From an uncultured cyanobacterium (GTDB taxonomy: Bacteria; Cyanobacteriota; Cyanobacteriia; PCC-6307; Cyanobiaceae), in assembly GCA_963765575.1 (NCBI GenBank), contig CAVXWZ010000011.1:128001-192000 (forward strand): a DNA stretch of 64,000 nt. Reading direction: 5' to 3'. The position numbers and the translations under genes are program-made. Position 1 is the stretch's first letter; each line of letters opens with the position of its first letter. Under the pieces are notes generated by a model. That model did no database searches. It saw nothing but the letters and a program-made list of their open reading frames with translations, and was not told the DNA's origin. Shown here in pieces: positions 40,255-50,517 of the stretch.

Positions 40255-42784
40255 GCGGCGGCGCGGCGTTGGCGCCGGGGCGCGGCACGAAGGGGGTGCC
40301 GCTGCCGCCGAAGTTGAAGTCGTTGAGCTTGATGCGGATGCCGGCCGTCCCTTCGTAGGGGCTGTAGAAGATTCCCAGCTCGTAGGAGCGCTGCAGCAGC
40401 TTCAGCTCCAGGTAGGAGTCGCTCACCTCGCCGCTGAACCGGGAGCGCCCGTCGATGTTCACCGTGGCGCCTCCCTCCAGCACCAGGGGCCCATAGAGCT
40501 GCTGGGCGGCGCGGAAGCTCACGGTGCGCAGATCCACGGCCCGGTCGAAGCTGTACGGACTGAGGCCATCGCGCAGGGTGCCCCCCACCAGCACGGTCAG
40601 CTGGGTGAAGTCGAACCAGGGATCCCGGAACCGCCCCAGCGTCAGCGCCGGACCGCCGTAGAGGGTGAGCGTGCTCTGCCGGTCGCCGTCCTCGTAGAAG
40701 GCGCCCGTGCCCACCAGGCCGAAGTCCAGCGCCAGCCCGGGACGGATCGGCTGCGGGGAATAGCGCAGGGCCGTTTCCTGCCGGCGCTCGGGGTCCAGCG
40801 GCGCCTCCCAGAGCTGCAGGGAACTGCTGAGATTGGCGTTCAGGCGGGTGCGCCACTGGCTGTCGAGGTTGTCGGTGTTGAACAGCTCGGCCCGGTAGCT
40901 GCCGCCGATGGCGCTCCAGTCCAGGTTCACGGCGCCCAGGTAGGGGGGGCGGCGGTTGCGGTCGATCGGGTCCCCGTCCTGGCGGTTGAAGCTGAGGCTG
41001 CCCTCCAGCTGGGCTCCATAGGAGCTGATCACGGTCTGGCGCCCCAGGCTGCCGTTGAAGATCAGCTCGCGGTAGCTGCCGAACACGCCGGCCTGGGCCG
41101 CGTCATGGCCGGGCAGGGGGATCGGGGTGTCGAGGCTGCCCTTGCTGCGGGTGCCCGCCCTGAAGTTCTCCGGATTGAGGGTGGAGAGGTCGGCCAGGGC
41201 CCGCAGGCGGAAGCGGTTGACCGGCACCTCCAGCACCCCCAGCAGGCCGAACACATCGCCCAGGCCGATGGTCTGGTTGACGCGCGAACCGGCCAGGTTG
41301 CGCCCCGGTTTGGTGTAGCTGTCGGTGCGGCCCTCAATGGCCCGTTGCACCATGAACTGGGGCTGGAGATCCAGCCGGCCTTTCTCCCCCAGCCGCAGGG
41401 TGGGCAGGTTGTAGCCCAGGTAGAGCCCATCGCGATCGCGACGGTCGGCGTCGATGCTCAGCTGCAGGCCCTCCTCGCCGATGGTGGTGTTGTTGATCCC
41501 CCGCAGGGCCAGCCTGTTGTTCAGCAGGATGCGTGTGCGCTGGGCCCGGATGCGGGTCACGCCGTCCGCCTCAAACAGGGCCTCCACCCCGTAGCCGATC
41601 AGCCAGGAGCGGGCGGGGGTGAAGGGGTCGTTGGTGAAGGCGATCTCGGCGGCGGTCCAGCGGTTGCCGCTGACGCGCACTTGGGAGGCCTGGAAGCGCA
41701 GCCGGTTGAGGCGGCCCGTCTTCGACTTGGGCCGCCGCAGCACGCTGGGACCGGTGGGCCTGCCGCGGCTGGCGTCCGGGTCGTCGTTGTCGTCCTCGAT
41801 GTCGTTGACATCGATCAGATCGAAGCGGATCGAGGTGTCGAGGCTCTGGCGGAAGCGCACGTCCCGCACCCGCTGGGGGAAGCGTTGCGCTCCGGGCTGA
41901 GCCTCAAGCGCCGGCGCTTGAGGCCGCTCCGCTGCATCGCCGCCAGCCTTCTCGCCAGTGCCCGCGACACCGACCGGCGGGCCGAGGGCCACGTCGGTGA
42001 GCAGCTCGCGCAGGGGTCGGGGCCGGCTGCTGTCGTCAGCTCCGGGACAGCCGGCTGGGGCCGGCAGGGTGGGCAGCGCCACCCGGCGGGGGGGCAGCAG
42101 GTCGCGCACCGTGCGCTGCCGGGGGTCATGCACCAGCTCGGGGCAGGCGAAATCGAGCTCGGCGGCGCTGCCCTGGGTCGGCTCCGCCGCAGGATCGCCA
42201 CGTTCACCCGCTGCCGATGCTGCCGCTGATTCGCCCGGCTGGCCCGGTTCGCCTGACTGGAGACCTGACTGGGCCGTTGGGCTGGGTCCTGAGCTGGCTG
42301 GCGAGCTGGCAGCTGAGCTGAAGGAGGCGATGTCCCCCTCCAGGTTCTCGACGTCGATGACCCCGTAGACGTCCTCGAGGTCCCCAGTGCCCTCCAGCTC
42401 GCTGTAGCGCAGCCGTCCCGCCTGCAGCTTCTGATCGCCGCGGATCAGGCGGACCCGACCGCTGGCATAGACGGTGCGCGTCGACTCCAGCACCTCCACC
42501 CGGTCGGCCAGCAGCAACCAGCCGTCGAAGGAGGCCTGCACATGGCCCTCGGCGATCAGCTTGCCCAGCTGCCCATCCACGCTCTGGCGATCGGCGGACA
42601 CCAGCAGAAAGCGTGTCGCGCCGGTCTGTTCAGGCCCAGCGGGGCGCTGCTTCTGCAGTTCGTCGCGGTCGACCGGGAGTGGCGCGGCGAGGCTGCGGGC
42701 CGGGGTGAGGCCACCTGCGGCGGCCAGGGGCAGAACCAGGGCCGCCACCGAGAGCACCAGCCTGCTGCCGGGGGAGGGGCTCAT
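40238..42784 (-). CDS. DUF3769 / LptD(OstA)-like outer-membrane LPS assembly protein
   Basis: Signal peptide, OstA-like ADRQ..IAEGHVQ..LLADRVE, FTNDPFTP, C-terminal beta-strand-rich region ending RSYELGIFYSPY..IKLNDFNF. Confidence 0.75.
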   Translation of the reverse strand: MSPSPGSRLVLSVAALVLPLAAAGGLTPARSLAAPLPVDRDELQKQRPAGPEQTGATRFLLVSADRQSVDGQLGKLIAEGHVQASFDGWLLLADRVEVLESTRTVYASGRVRLIRGDQKLQAGRLRYSELEGTGDLEDVYGVIDVENLEGDIASFSSAASSPASSGPSPTAQSGLQSGEPGQPGESAAASAAGERGDPAAEPTQGSAAELDFACPELVHDPRQRTVRDLLPPRRVALPTLPAPAGCPGADDSSRPRPLRELLTDVALGPPVGVAGTGEKAGGDAAERPQAPALEAQPGAQRFPQRVRDVRFRQSLDTSIRFDLIDVNDIEDDNDDPDASRGRPTGPSVLRRPKSKTGRLNRLRFQASQVRVSGNRWTAAEIAFTNDPFTPARSWLIGYGVEALFEADGVTRIRAQRTRILLNNRLALRGINNTTIGEEGLQLSIDADRRDRDGLYLGYNLPTLRLGEKGRLDLQPQFMVQRAIEGRTDSYTKPGRNLAGSRVNQTIGLGDVFGLLGVLEVPVNRFRLRALADLSTLNPENFRAGTRSKGSLDTPIPLPGHDAAQAGVFGSYRELIFNGSLGRQTVISSYGAQLEGSLSFNRQDGDPIDRNRRPPYLGAVNLDWSAIGGSYRAELFNTDNLDSQWRTRLNANLSSSLQLWEAPLDPERRQETALRYSPQPIRPGLALDFGLVGTGAFYEDGDRQSTLTLYGGPALTLGRFRDPWFDFTQLTVLVGGTLRDGLSPYSFDRAVDLRTVSFRAAQQLYGPLVLEGGATVNIDGRSRFSGEVSDSYLELKLLQRSYELGIFYSPYEGTAGIRIKLNDFNFGGSGTPFVPRPGANAAPPLSGNR

Positions 42785-42861
42785 CGGGGCTGGACAGTCG
42801 AACCAGCGGCGACGCTATGGCACAAGGACGTCGCTCGCCGGGATGGGGGGAAGGGTCTGGT

Positions 42862-42915
42862 GCGGCCACCACGGGACAGCGGCCATCACGGGACAGCGGC
42901 CATCACCCAGGGACA
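42862..42915 (+). repeat. 17-bp tandem repeat, about 3 copies (GCGGCCAYCACGGGACA)
   Basis: Read directly in the intergenic region between psbI and DUF3769. Confidence 0.8.
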
Positions 42916-42973
42916 GTGAAGAGATGAAGAGGAGGGGGCCCGGACCGCAGCACTGCACAGGCGACCTGGCCGC

Positions 42974-43093
42974 TCAATCCTCGAGATCCTTGCGGCTTGG
43001 CGTACGGGTGGGATCGCTCGCCAGAAAGCCGAACACGAAGATCCCGATGAAGAAGAAAACGACCGAATAAACCGAGATCTTGAGAGCCAGCAT
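42974..43093 (-). CDS. psbI: Photosystem II protein I
   Basis: Hand-translated: [39 protein letters not shown]. Confidence 0.97.
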   Translation of the reverse strand: MLALKISVYSVVFFFIGIFVFGFLASDPTRTPSRKDLED

Positions 43094-43204
43094 GGTTCGC
43101 CCTAGCGCGCGGGGTGGGTGACAGGGAGTGACAGGCCGCACGATGGGCCCGGTTGACCCTGCGGCATCCCCATCATCCTATGGGGACTGTGTGGCCATCC
43201 AACA

Positions 43205-46200
43205 ATGCCAGAGGCCCCTGCAGCCGGGCAGTCTCACCAATTTGCAACGTTTGCGGCCGGCGGCCCCGAGCGCAGCCGCCTCGACCTGCAGCCCCTCTGG
43301 CACCGCACCGCCACCGCCACCTCCACCGATGCCGCCACCGATGCCGCGGCGCCTGCCGATGCCCTGGCCGATGCCGGCGCCGCCGCCGCCCCGGCCCTGG
43401 AGCACCCCTGGGGCGCCCGCCACCGCCCCGACTGGCATGCCCGCGGTCTGGTGATCTGGCCCCGTGGCGGCCAGGACTGCCGGCTGCGGCTCAGCCTGGC
43501 CTGCCCGCCCGCCTGGCGTGCCCTGCAGCAGCCGCGGCCGCAGGTGCAGGCCCGGCTGGCGCTGTGCTGGTGGGCCGAGGCCATGGAGCTGCGCGTCGAT
43601 GGTGCGCTGGTGCACAGCGGCGATCTCTTCGACAGCAGCTGCCGCTGGCTGCTGCCAGCGACCTGGTGGCAGGGGCGGCCGCTGCAGCTGGAGCTGCGCC
43701 TGCGCAGCCCCAGCCATGACGACGGTGCCCTGATCCACAGCTGCCTGGAGCTCGAACCCCTTGAGGCGGCCGACCCCCTCGGCGTGCTCGACCCGCAGCG
43801 GCAGCACCTGCGCGAGCTGCGCCGCGGGGCGGGGGTGGCTGAGCTGCCCCAGGCCGGCGACGGCTTCCACGTGCTCGGCCATGCCCACCTCGATCTGGCC
43901 TGGTTGTGGCCGGTGGCCGACACCTGGCAGGCGGCCGAGCGCACCTTCGCCTCGGCCCTCGATCTGATGCAGCGCTTCGAGGCGCTGCACTTCGCCCACT
44001 CCACCCCCGCCCTCTATGCCTGGCTGGAGCAGCACCGGCCCCGGCTCTGGGAGCGGCTGCGGCAGGCCGTGGTCGCGGGCCGCTTCGAGCCCGTCAACGG
44101 CCCCTGGGTGGAGAGCGACTGCGTGCTGATCAGCACCGCCTCACTGCTGCGGCAGTTCCAGCTCGGGCAGCACGACAGCCGTGCCCGTTTTCCCGGCCTC
44201 GACCACCGGCTCGCCTGGCTGCCGGACAGCTTCGGTTTCGCTGCCGGACTGCCGGCGGTGGCTGCGGCCACCGGTGTGCGCTGGTTTTGCACCCACAAAT
44301 TGTTCTGGAACGCCACCACCCCCTTCCCCCATCGCCTGTTCCGCTGGCGCGCCCGCTGCGGCGCCGAGCAGCTGGCCCTGATGACGGCACCGATCGGCAC
44401 TGGTGGCGACCCGCTGACGATGGAGCGCCAGCGGCTGGCGTGGCAGCGGGCCACGGGCCTGGGGGAGCTGCTCTGGCTGCCGGGGGTGGGGGACCACGGC
44501 GGCGGCCCCACGGCGGAGATGCTGGAGCAGCTGCAGCTCTGGAACCGCCAGCCCGAGGCGGCACCCCAGCGCCACGGCAGCCTGCGCACCTACCTGGCCG
44601 GCCTCGAAGCCCACGCCCCCCAACTGCCGGTGTGGCGCGATGAGCTCTACCTGGAGCTGCACCGCGGCTGCGCCACCACCCGCCCCGATCAGAAGCGCCA
44701 CAACCGCAGCCTCGAGCGGCTGTTGCGACAGGCGGAGCTGGCTGCGGTGCTGGCCGGGTGCGGCGCCGGCGGGGCGGAGCTGGCAGCCGACTGGCGGCCG
44801 CTGCTGTTCCAGCAGTTCCACGACATCCTGCCCGGCACCGCCATCCCGGAGGTGTTCGAGCAGGCCGAGCCCCAGTGGCGCTCAGCCCGGCGCCAGGCCC
44901 GGCGCAGCCGTGATCAGGGCCTGGCTGGCTGGCTTGCCGGCTCCTGCTGGTGGGCCGTGCAGCTGCAGCCACTGGCCAGCCGCCGGCCCACCCTGCGCCT
45001 GCCCGCCGGTCGCTGGCTGGCCGGTGATCGTCCGCTCCCCAGCCAGCCCGCGGCGGCCGGCGGCACCTGGGTGCAGCTGCCGCCTCAGGCCGGCATCAGC
45101 GCCCAGCCCCTGCGGCGCCTGCCGCCCGCCGCCGGGCCGCAGGAGCCGCTGCAGGCCCAGGCGCCGGTGTGGGTGGACGGACGCCGTGCCGGCAACGGCA
45201 GCGTCAGCCTGGAGCTGGGCCCCGCCGGCATCGAGCAGTTGTTCGATGCCGGCGGCAGCCCCCAGCTGGCGGCGCCCCTGGCCTGGTGCCGCTATGCCGA
45301 TCGGGGCGAATTCTGGGATGCCTGGGACATTGCCGCCGACTACCGCAGCCACCCCCTGTCCTGGCGCTGGCAGGGCGAGCCCCAGTGGCGGGAGCGGGGA
45401 CCGCTCTGCGCCAGCTTCCTCTGGCGCGGTTGTTGCGGTGCCAGCCGGGTGCGTCTCGATGGGCGGCTGCTGGCGGGCAGCCCCTGGCTGGAGCTGGTGC
45501 TGAGCATCGACTGGCGCCAGCGCCACGAGCTGTTGCGCCTGGAGCTGCCGCTGGCGGAGCCGGCCGATCGCTGGGCGGCCGACACCAGCGGGGGAGTGCT
45601 GGAGCGGCCAGCCGAACCGCTCACCCCGCGGGAGCGGGCGCGCTGGGAGGTGGCGGCGATCAGCTGGATGGCCTCCTGCAGCCCCGGCGGCGGCCTGGCG
45701 CTGCTGCTCGACGGCCCCCAGGGGGTGTCGGCCCGAGCTGATCGCCTGGGGGTGTCGCTGCTGCGGGCGCCCACCTGGCCCGATCCCGGCGCCGACAACG
45801 GCTGGCAGCGCCTGCGGATCGCCCTGCTGCCCTGTGCGCCGGGCTGGCGGCAGGCGGGGGTGCCGGAGCAGGCCCAGGCCTTCCGCGAACCGCTGCTGCT
45901 GCATGCCGCTGGCCCGGGCGGCGCCGGCCCTGGCCCCAGCGCTGCGGCGCTCCGCCAGGCCATGTCGCCGCTGCCGTCGGGGGTGCAGCTGTTGGGGCTG
46001 AGGCCCCTGGAGGGCGGGGCGGCGGTGCTCAGCCTGCTCAACAGCACCCCCTGCCGTCAGCTGCTGGATCTGGGCCCGAGCTGGGACATCGAGGCCCGCC
46101 TGGACGGGCTGGATCAGCCGCAGCCCCGGAGTCAGCCGCGGCCCCAGAGTCCAAGCCTGGGCCAGGACCCGGACCGGCCGGCTCAGCTGCGGCTGCGGCC

Positions 46201-46237
46201 GTGGGAACTGGGCTTCTGGCGGATCAGGGCCCGCTGA
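43205..46237 (+). CDS. Alpha-mannosidase (GH38)
   Basis: GHAHLDLAWLW, WLPDSFG, GVGDHGGGPT, ELYLELHRG, QFHDILPG, WDAWDI, LSLLRAPTWPDP-like motif. Confidence 0.92.
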   Translation: MPEAPAAGQSHQFATFAAGGPERSRLDLQPLWHRTATATSTDAATDAAAPADALADAGAAAAPALEHPWGARHRPDWHARGLVIWPRGGQDCRLRLSLACPPAWRALQQPRPQVQARLALCWWAEAMELRVDGALVHSGDLFDSSCRWLLPATWWQGRPLQLELRLRSPSHDDGALIHSCLELEPLEAADPLGVLDPQRQHLRELRRGAGVAELPQAGDGFHVLGHAHLDLAWLWPVADTWQAAERTFASALDLMQRFEALHFAHSTPALYAWLEQHRPRLWERLRQAVVAGRFEPVNGPWVESDCVLISTASLLRQFQLGQHDSRARFPGLDHRLAWLPDSFGFAAGLPAVAAATGVRWFCTHKLFWNATTPFPHRLFRWRARCGAEQLALMTAPIGTGGDPLTMERQRLAWQRATGLGELLWLPGVGDHGGGPTAEMLEQLQLWNRQPEAAPQRHGSLRTYLAGLEAHAPQLPVWRDELYLELHRGCATTRPDQKRHNRSLERLLRQAELAAVLAGCGAGGAELAADWRPLLFQQFHDILPGTAIPEVFEQAEPQWRSARRQARRSRDQGLAGWLAGSCWWAVQLQPLASRRPTLRLPAGRWLAGDRPLPSQPAAAGGTWVQLPPQAGISAQPLRRLPPAAGPQEPLQAQAPVWVDGRRAGNGSVSLELGPAGIEQLFDAGGSPQLAAPLAWCRYADRGEFWDAWDIAADYRSHPLSWRWQGEPQWRERGPLCASFLWRGCCGASRVRLDGRLLAGSPWLELVLSIDWRQRHELLRLELPLAEPADRWAADTSGGVLERPAEPLTPRERARWEVAAISWMASCSPGGGLALLLDGPQGVSARADRLGVSLLRAPTWPDPGADNGWQRLRIALLPCAPGWRQAGVPEQAQAFREPLLLHAAGPGGAGPGPSAAALRQAMSPLPSGVQLLGLRPLEGGAAVLSLLNSTPCRQLLDLGPSWDIEARLDGLDQPQPRSQPRPQSPSLGQDPDRPAQLRLRPWELGFWRIRAR

Positions 46238-46269
46238 TCAATCTCCGCGAGCGTTGATCAGGTCTCGAT

Positions 46270-46419
46270 CTAGTCCTCGTGGTCGTCGAAGGGGTCGCTG
46301 AGGGCCTTGGAGGGTGGACCGAAGGCCTGGTACACGCCGAAACCGGTGAGTGCCAGCAGCACCGCCAGCACGGCGAGGGCGATGGACAGCGCGGGTGAAC
46401 TGGTGCTGCTGGGATCCAT
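46270..46419 (-). CDS. psbN: PsbN
   Basis: [17 protein letters not shown]...[25 protein letters not shown]. Confidence 0.96.
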   Translation of the reverse strand: MDPSSTSSPALSIALAVLAVLLALTGFGVYQAFGPPSKALSDPFDDHED

Positions 46420-46506
46420 GGCAGTGAGCTGCTGCGGCACGCCGCGCCGGTGATGTCCCGTACAGTAGGTGCAGCGAATTTCTGCGCGCGAGGCCCGCTC
46501 CTTCCC

Positions 46507-46707
46507 ATGTCTCAACGCACCCGTCTCGGCGACATCCTCCGCCCCCTCAACTCCGAGTACGGCAAGGTCGTTCCCGGCTGGGGCACCACCCCGGTGATGG
46601 GCGTGTTCATGCTGCTCTTCCTGGTCTTCCTGCTGGTGATCCTGCAGCTGTACAACCAGTCGCTGCTGCTGGAAGGCATCAATGTCAATTGGAACGGCGC
46701 CGGCTGA
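46507..46707 (+). CDS. psbH: Photosystem II protein H
   Basis: [32 protein letters not shown]. Confidence 0.97.
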   Translation: MSQRTRLGDILRPLNSEYGKVVPGWGTTPVMGVFMLLFLVFLLVILQLYNQSLLLEGINVNWNGAG

Positions 46708-46728
46708 GTTCCGCCCCACCGGCCTGTC

Positions 46729-47084
46729 ATGAACGTCTTCGGTATCGGTCTTCCCGAGATGGCGGTGATCGCCGCCATCGCCCTGCTGGTCTTCGGTCCG
46801 AAGCGGCTGCCGGAGATGGGCCGCAGCCTCGGTCGCACCCTCAAGGGCTTCCAGAGCGCCTCCTCGGAATTTGAGAATGAATTCCGCTCTGCCCTCTCCA
46901 CGGTTGAGGCTGCAGGGGCAACGGAGTCTTCCTCCCCGAACTGGCGCCTTCCGAGCCGGCTCCTGCCGAGGCGGCGCCTCCCGAGGCAGTGTCTTCCCAG
47001 CCGGCGATGACGGAGCTTCCGGCACGGGATCAAGACGACGCGGCCGCGGCCGCCACGGCTGGCGGCGAGACGCCATTGGCTTGA
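46729..47084 (+). CDS. tatA: TatA/E translocase subunit; tail apparently frameshifted at the C-run 46934-46937
   Basis: MNVFGIGLPEMAVI..LLVFGPKRLPEMGRSLG; as-read stop at 47010, corrected acidic Pro/Ala tail ends at 47084. Confidence 0.92.
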
Positions 47085-47089
47085 CCGCC

Positions 47090-47713
47090 ATGGCGACCGC
47101 TGGCCCCGGCTTGGCACTGCTGGTGGGGCTGGGCAACCCGGGGTCGCGCTACCGCGACACCCGCCACAACGTGGGCTTCATGGCCCTGGAGCGGCTGGCC
47201 GCCGAGTCGGGAGCCAGCTTCCGCCAGCAGGCCAAGCTCCATGGCCTGCTGGCGGAGGTGGGTCAGGGCCAGCAGCGCCTGCGCCTGCTGATGCCCCAGA
47301 CCTTCATGAACGACAGCGGCCGCTCGATCCGCGCCGCCCTGGACTGGTTCAGCCTGCAGCCGGCCCAGCTGTTGGTGGTGGTCGATGACATGGATCTGCC
47401 CCTGGGACGCCTGCGCCTGCGCGTCCGTGGCAGTGCCGGCGGCCATAACGGTCTGCGCAGCACCATCAGCCACCTCGGCAGCGAAGACTTTCCCCGGCTG
47501 CGCATCGGCATCGGCGCACCGGCCGAGAATCCCGTCGAACGGCGGCAGCGCACCGTGGGCCATGTGCTCGGTCGCTTCGCCCCGGCCGAACAGCCGCTGC
47601 TGGAGGATGTGCTGAGCGAGGTCACGGCCGGCATCGGCCTGATCCAGCGCCTGGGGTTGGAGCGGGCCGGTAACCGTTTGAACGGTTTCCGGGTCCAGGC
47701 TGCGCCAGCCTGA
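47090..47713 (+). CDS. pth: Peptidyl-tRNA hydrolase
   Basis: VGLGNPG..Y..TRHNVGF, PQTFMNDSG, VDDMDLP, GSAGGHNGLRS, RLRIGIG. Confidence 0.97.
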   Translation: MATAGPGLALLVGLGNPGSRYRDTRHNVGFMALERLAAESGASFRQQAKLHGLLAEVGQGQQRLRLLMPQTFMNDSGRSIRAALDWFSLQPAQLLVVVDDMDLPLGRLRLRVRGSAGGHNGLRSTISHLGSEDFPRLRIGIGAPAENPVERRQRTVGHVLGRFAPAEQPLLEDVLSEVTAGIGLIQRLGLERAGNRLNGFRVQAAPA

Positions 47714-47717
47714 CGCC

Positions 47718-47975
47718 ATGGCCCGCCTCCCCGCCACCACCGCCCAGCTGCGCGTGCTGCACCAGAGCTTCAGCAGCCGCCTGCTGGAGGGGGAGGTGAC
47801 GGCTGGGACCTTTTGCTGGACCTTCTGCTGGGCCTTCGATCGCGGCGAGCTCAGCGTTGAACCCTCCCTGGGCCGCGCCCTGATCCAGGACGCCCTGCTG
47901 CGCTTCCTGCTGCGGGCCGACTACCAGCTTGAGCCCGGTGGCGACTACGCCTTCACGGTGCGGGCGCGCTTCTGA
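47718..47975 (+). CDS. DUF3146-like protein
   Basis: LPATTAQLRV...VEPSLGRALIQDALLRFL..DYQLEPGGDY. Confidence 0.8.
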   Translation: MARLPATTAQLRVLHQSFSSRLLEGEVTAGTFCWTFCWAFDRGELSVEPSLGRALIQDALLRFLLRADYQLEPGGDYAFTVRARF

Positions 47976-48417
47976 GCGGCGGCAGCTGCCGCCACACCGC
48001 CAGTGGCGGGCGCCGCAACTCCCCGCCCAGGTGGCGCTCCAGCAGCAGTTGCGCCACCACGTCATCGATGTCGCGGGGGGGCAGCCGCAGCCCGGCCGGC
48101 AGCCAGCGCCGCCAGTGCCGCCGCCCATCGAGATCCCAGTAGCGGCGCCGCGCCTCCAGGGTGGTGCCGTGCTCGTCCACCAGCTGCACGTCCAGCCCCA
48201 GCGCCGCCAACCGCTGCGGCCAGCCGGCGCTGCCGGTGCCGTTGCCGAGCACCACGCTGGCCAGTCCCTGCTGGCGCCAGCGATCGATCAGCTCTGCGCT
48301 GGCCTGCGGGGACAGGACCGCCGCCGCCAGCAGGGTGCGGCGGTCGCCATCAGCCAGCACCAGGCCGCACTTGCTGCGGCCGGGGTCCAGTCCCGCCAGC
48401 TGGCCATGACCTGTCAT
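47953..48417 (-). CDS. YqgF/RuvX-like RNase H-fold protein
   Basis: GLDPGRSKCGL, LGNGTGS, VDEHGTTLEARRRYW, DDVVAQLLL. Confidence 0.85.
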   Translation of the reverse strand: MTGHGQLAGLDPGRSKCGLVLADGDRRTLLAAAVLSPQASAELIDRWRQQGLASVVLGNGTGSAGWPQRLAALGLDVQLVDEHGTTLEARRRYWDLDGRRHWRRWLPAGLRLPPRDIDDVVAQLLLERHLGGELRRPPLAVWRQLPPLRSAPAP

Positions 48418-49685
48418 GGGCGCTGGGGCCGGGCGCCGCGCACCTGCTGTTGCACCAGGCGCAGCTCAACGCTGATCGGATCGGGCGTGTCGGCATCGCG
48501 CAGCACCACCGCCTGCAATTGCAGCACCTGGCTGCTGGGCTGGGCGGCCATGGTGCGCACCAGGGTGCTGAAGGCCGCCGGGTCGACCTGCAGCCCATCG
48601 ACGATCGTGCCCTGGCGCTGCGCCTGTCCGTAGGCCTGGGCCAGCAGCAGGTTGAGGCGCCGGCTCAGCAGGTCGGGGCTGCGCAGATCGCCCTCGATGG
48701 TGGTGCTGGCCAGCACCTCGCCAGCGCGCACCACCCGGCGGTTGGGGCGCAGGTCGGGGAACACCAGCACCTGCTGCTCGCCGCGCAGCACGTTGGCGGC
48801 GGAGCGGATGCTCACCACCCAGCTGCCCGGCCGTTTGAGCATCTCTTCGAGTCGGTTGATGTCGGCGGTGGGCACCAGCAGGATCTGTCGATCCGGGGGT
48901 TCGCCGGGGCGCACCCGCCGAAAGGCGCTGAGGTTGGCCTGCTGCAGCAGCGCATCGATCACCTCGCGCGCCTGCTGCGGCCGCTCCAGGCGCACCTTGG
49001 CGCTGGCCAGCTGTTCGCCGCTGGTGAGCACCACATCGCCGCGGCGCAGGGCGATCAGGTTCTCCTCCAGCTCCACCAGCTCGCGGCTGCCGGCATCGAT
49101 GCGCTGGCGCAGTTCCGCCAGTTCGCTCTCCCGGCGCTTGATCTCGGCGTCACGCTGGGCCACGTCCTGGCCCAGCCGTTCCCGTTCCCCCAGCAGCCGG
49201 CCGCGCTCGGCCTGCAGCCGGTCACGCTCCCCCTCCAGCCGGTCACGCGCCTCCTCCAGGCGGGCCCGTTCTGCCCGCAGTGGAGCCAGTTCATCGCGCA
49301 GGGCGGCGGCCCGCTGCTCCGCCTTTGCCAGCTCCCGCTGCACCCGCTGCTGACCCAGCTGGGCGCGTGCCACCTCAGCCTGACTGGCCTGCAGTTCGTC
49401 ACGGCTGTCCTCGAGCTGATTGCGGCTGGTGCGCAGCCGTTCCTCAATGCGATCCAGTTCGAACAGCCCGCGGCGCAGCCGCTCGCTCACCATCAGCATC
49501 AGCCCCAGCGACACGGCGCTGATGAGGCTGCCCGTGAGCACGGTGATCACCACGGCGGTGTTGCGCGGCCGCAGCCCGAAGAGGCTGAGCCGCGCCTTGC
49601 CCACACGGCTGCCGAGGCGGTCGCCCAGGGTGGAGAGCACACCCCCGAGCACCAGCAGCGCCAGGATCAGCAGCCAGCCCGACAC
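48414..49685 (-). CDS. DUF3084-like membrane-anchored coiled-coil protein
   Basis: GDRLGSRVGKARLSLFGLRPRNTA followed by a long coiled coil; next to ntcA. Confidence 0.85.
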   Translation of the reverse strand: MSGWLLILALLVLGGVLSTLGDRLGSRVGKARLSLFGLRPRNTAVVITVLTGSLISAVSLGLMLMVSERLRRGLFELDRIEERLRTSRNQLEDSRDELQASQAEVARAQLGQQRVQRELAKAEQRAAALRDELAPLRAERARLEEARDRLEGERDRLQAERGRLLGERERLGQDVAQRDAEIKRRESELAELRQRIDAGSRELVELEENLIALRRGDVVLTSGEQLASAKVRLERPQQAREVIDALLQQANLSAFRRVRPGEPPDRQILLVPTADINRLEEMLKRPGSWVVSIRSAANVLRGEQQVLVFPDLRPNRRVVRAGEVLASTTIEGDLRSPDLLSRRLNLLLAQAYGQAQRQGTIVDGLQVDPAAFSTLVRTMAAQPSSQVLQLQAVVLRDADTPDPISVELRLVQQQVRGARPQRP

Positions 49686-49753
49686 GACCTTGCTCGAACA
49701 GGCTCAGTATCTCGCGGCGGCAGGGGATCTTCCCGCCGCCGGGCGCTCGTGGT

Positions 49754-50494
49754 TCAGCTGAAACGCTTGGCCAGGGCGATCGGATCGAACACGGTGATCT
49801 TCTTGCGGTCGATCTGCAGCAGGCCCTCCTGACGCAGATCGCCCAGCAGCCTGGTGATCGTGACCCGGGTGGAGCCGATCGCCTCGGCGATCGCCTGGTG
49901 GGAAAGGCGCAGATCGATCGTGATCCCCTCGCTGCCGGGCAGGCCGAAGTCGCGGCAGAGCACCAGCAGGAAGCTCACCAGCCGCGAGCTCATGTCGCGA
50001 TGGGTGAGGGTTTCGATCATCGTCTCGGTCTGCAGGATCCGCGAGGAGAGGCCCTGGAGCAGCAGCAGCCCCACGCTGGCGTCCAGCTCGATCGCCTTGC
50101 GCAGCGAGGTGGCCGGGGCGGTGATCAGCTCCACCCGGGTGAAGGCGATGGCGTGATAAAAGCGGTCGGAGCGCTGGCCGGTGAGCAGGGAGAGCACGCC
50201 AAACAGGCTGTTCTCCCGCAGCAGGGCCACGGTGATTTCCTCGCCGCTCTCGTAGACCCGCGACAGCCTGACGGCGCCGCGGCGCAGCAGATAGACGCGC
50301 TCGGCGGGATCGCCGGGGAAGAAGATCGTCTTGCCGCGCTCGATGGTTTCGTTGTTGCTGCCGCTCAGACCCCGCATCACCTCCAGCAGGGTGGTGCTGT
50401 CCTGGGCTCCGCTGCCGATGGTGGTCACGGCACCCGGGGTTCCGGAGGAGGGGGTGCTGGCGGTACGGCTGAAGCCGCGGGTGGCGCCGACCAT
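49754..50494 (-). CDS. ntcA: Global nitrogen regulator NtcA
   Basis: [54 protein letters not shown]. Confidence 0.98.
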   Translation of the reverse strand: MVGATRGFSRTASTPSSGTPGAVTTIGSGAQDSTTLLEVMRGLSGSNNETIERGKTIFFPGDPAERVYLLRRGAVRLSRVYESGEEITVALLRENSLFGVLSLLTGQRSDRFYHAIAFTRVELITAPATSLRKAIELDASVGLLLLQGLSSRILQTETMIETLTHRDMSSRLVSFLLVLCRDFGLPGSEGITIDLRLSHQAIAEAIGSTRVTITRLLGDLRQEGLLQIDRKKITVFDPIALAKRFS

Positions 50495-50517
50495 GGACCA
50501 GGCATGGATGTGGCGAA

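Noticed and set aside
19436..42915. Short repeat arrays at 19436 and 42862 considered as mini-CRISPRs
   Set aside because: Units are directly adjacent with no spacers, only about 3 copies, and no cas genes nearby
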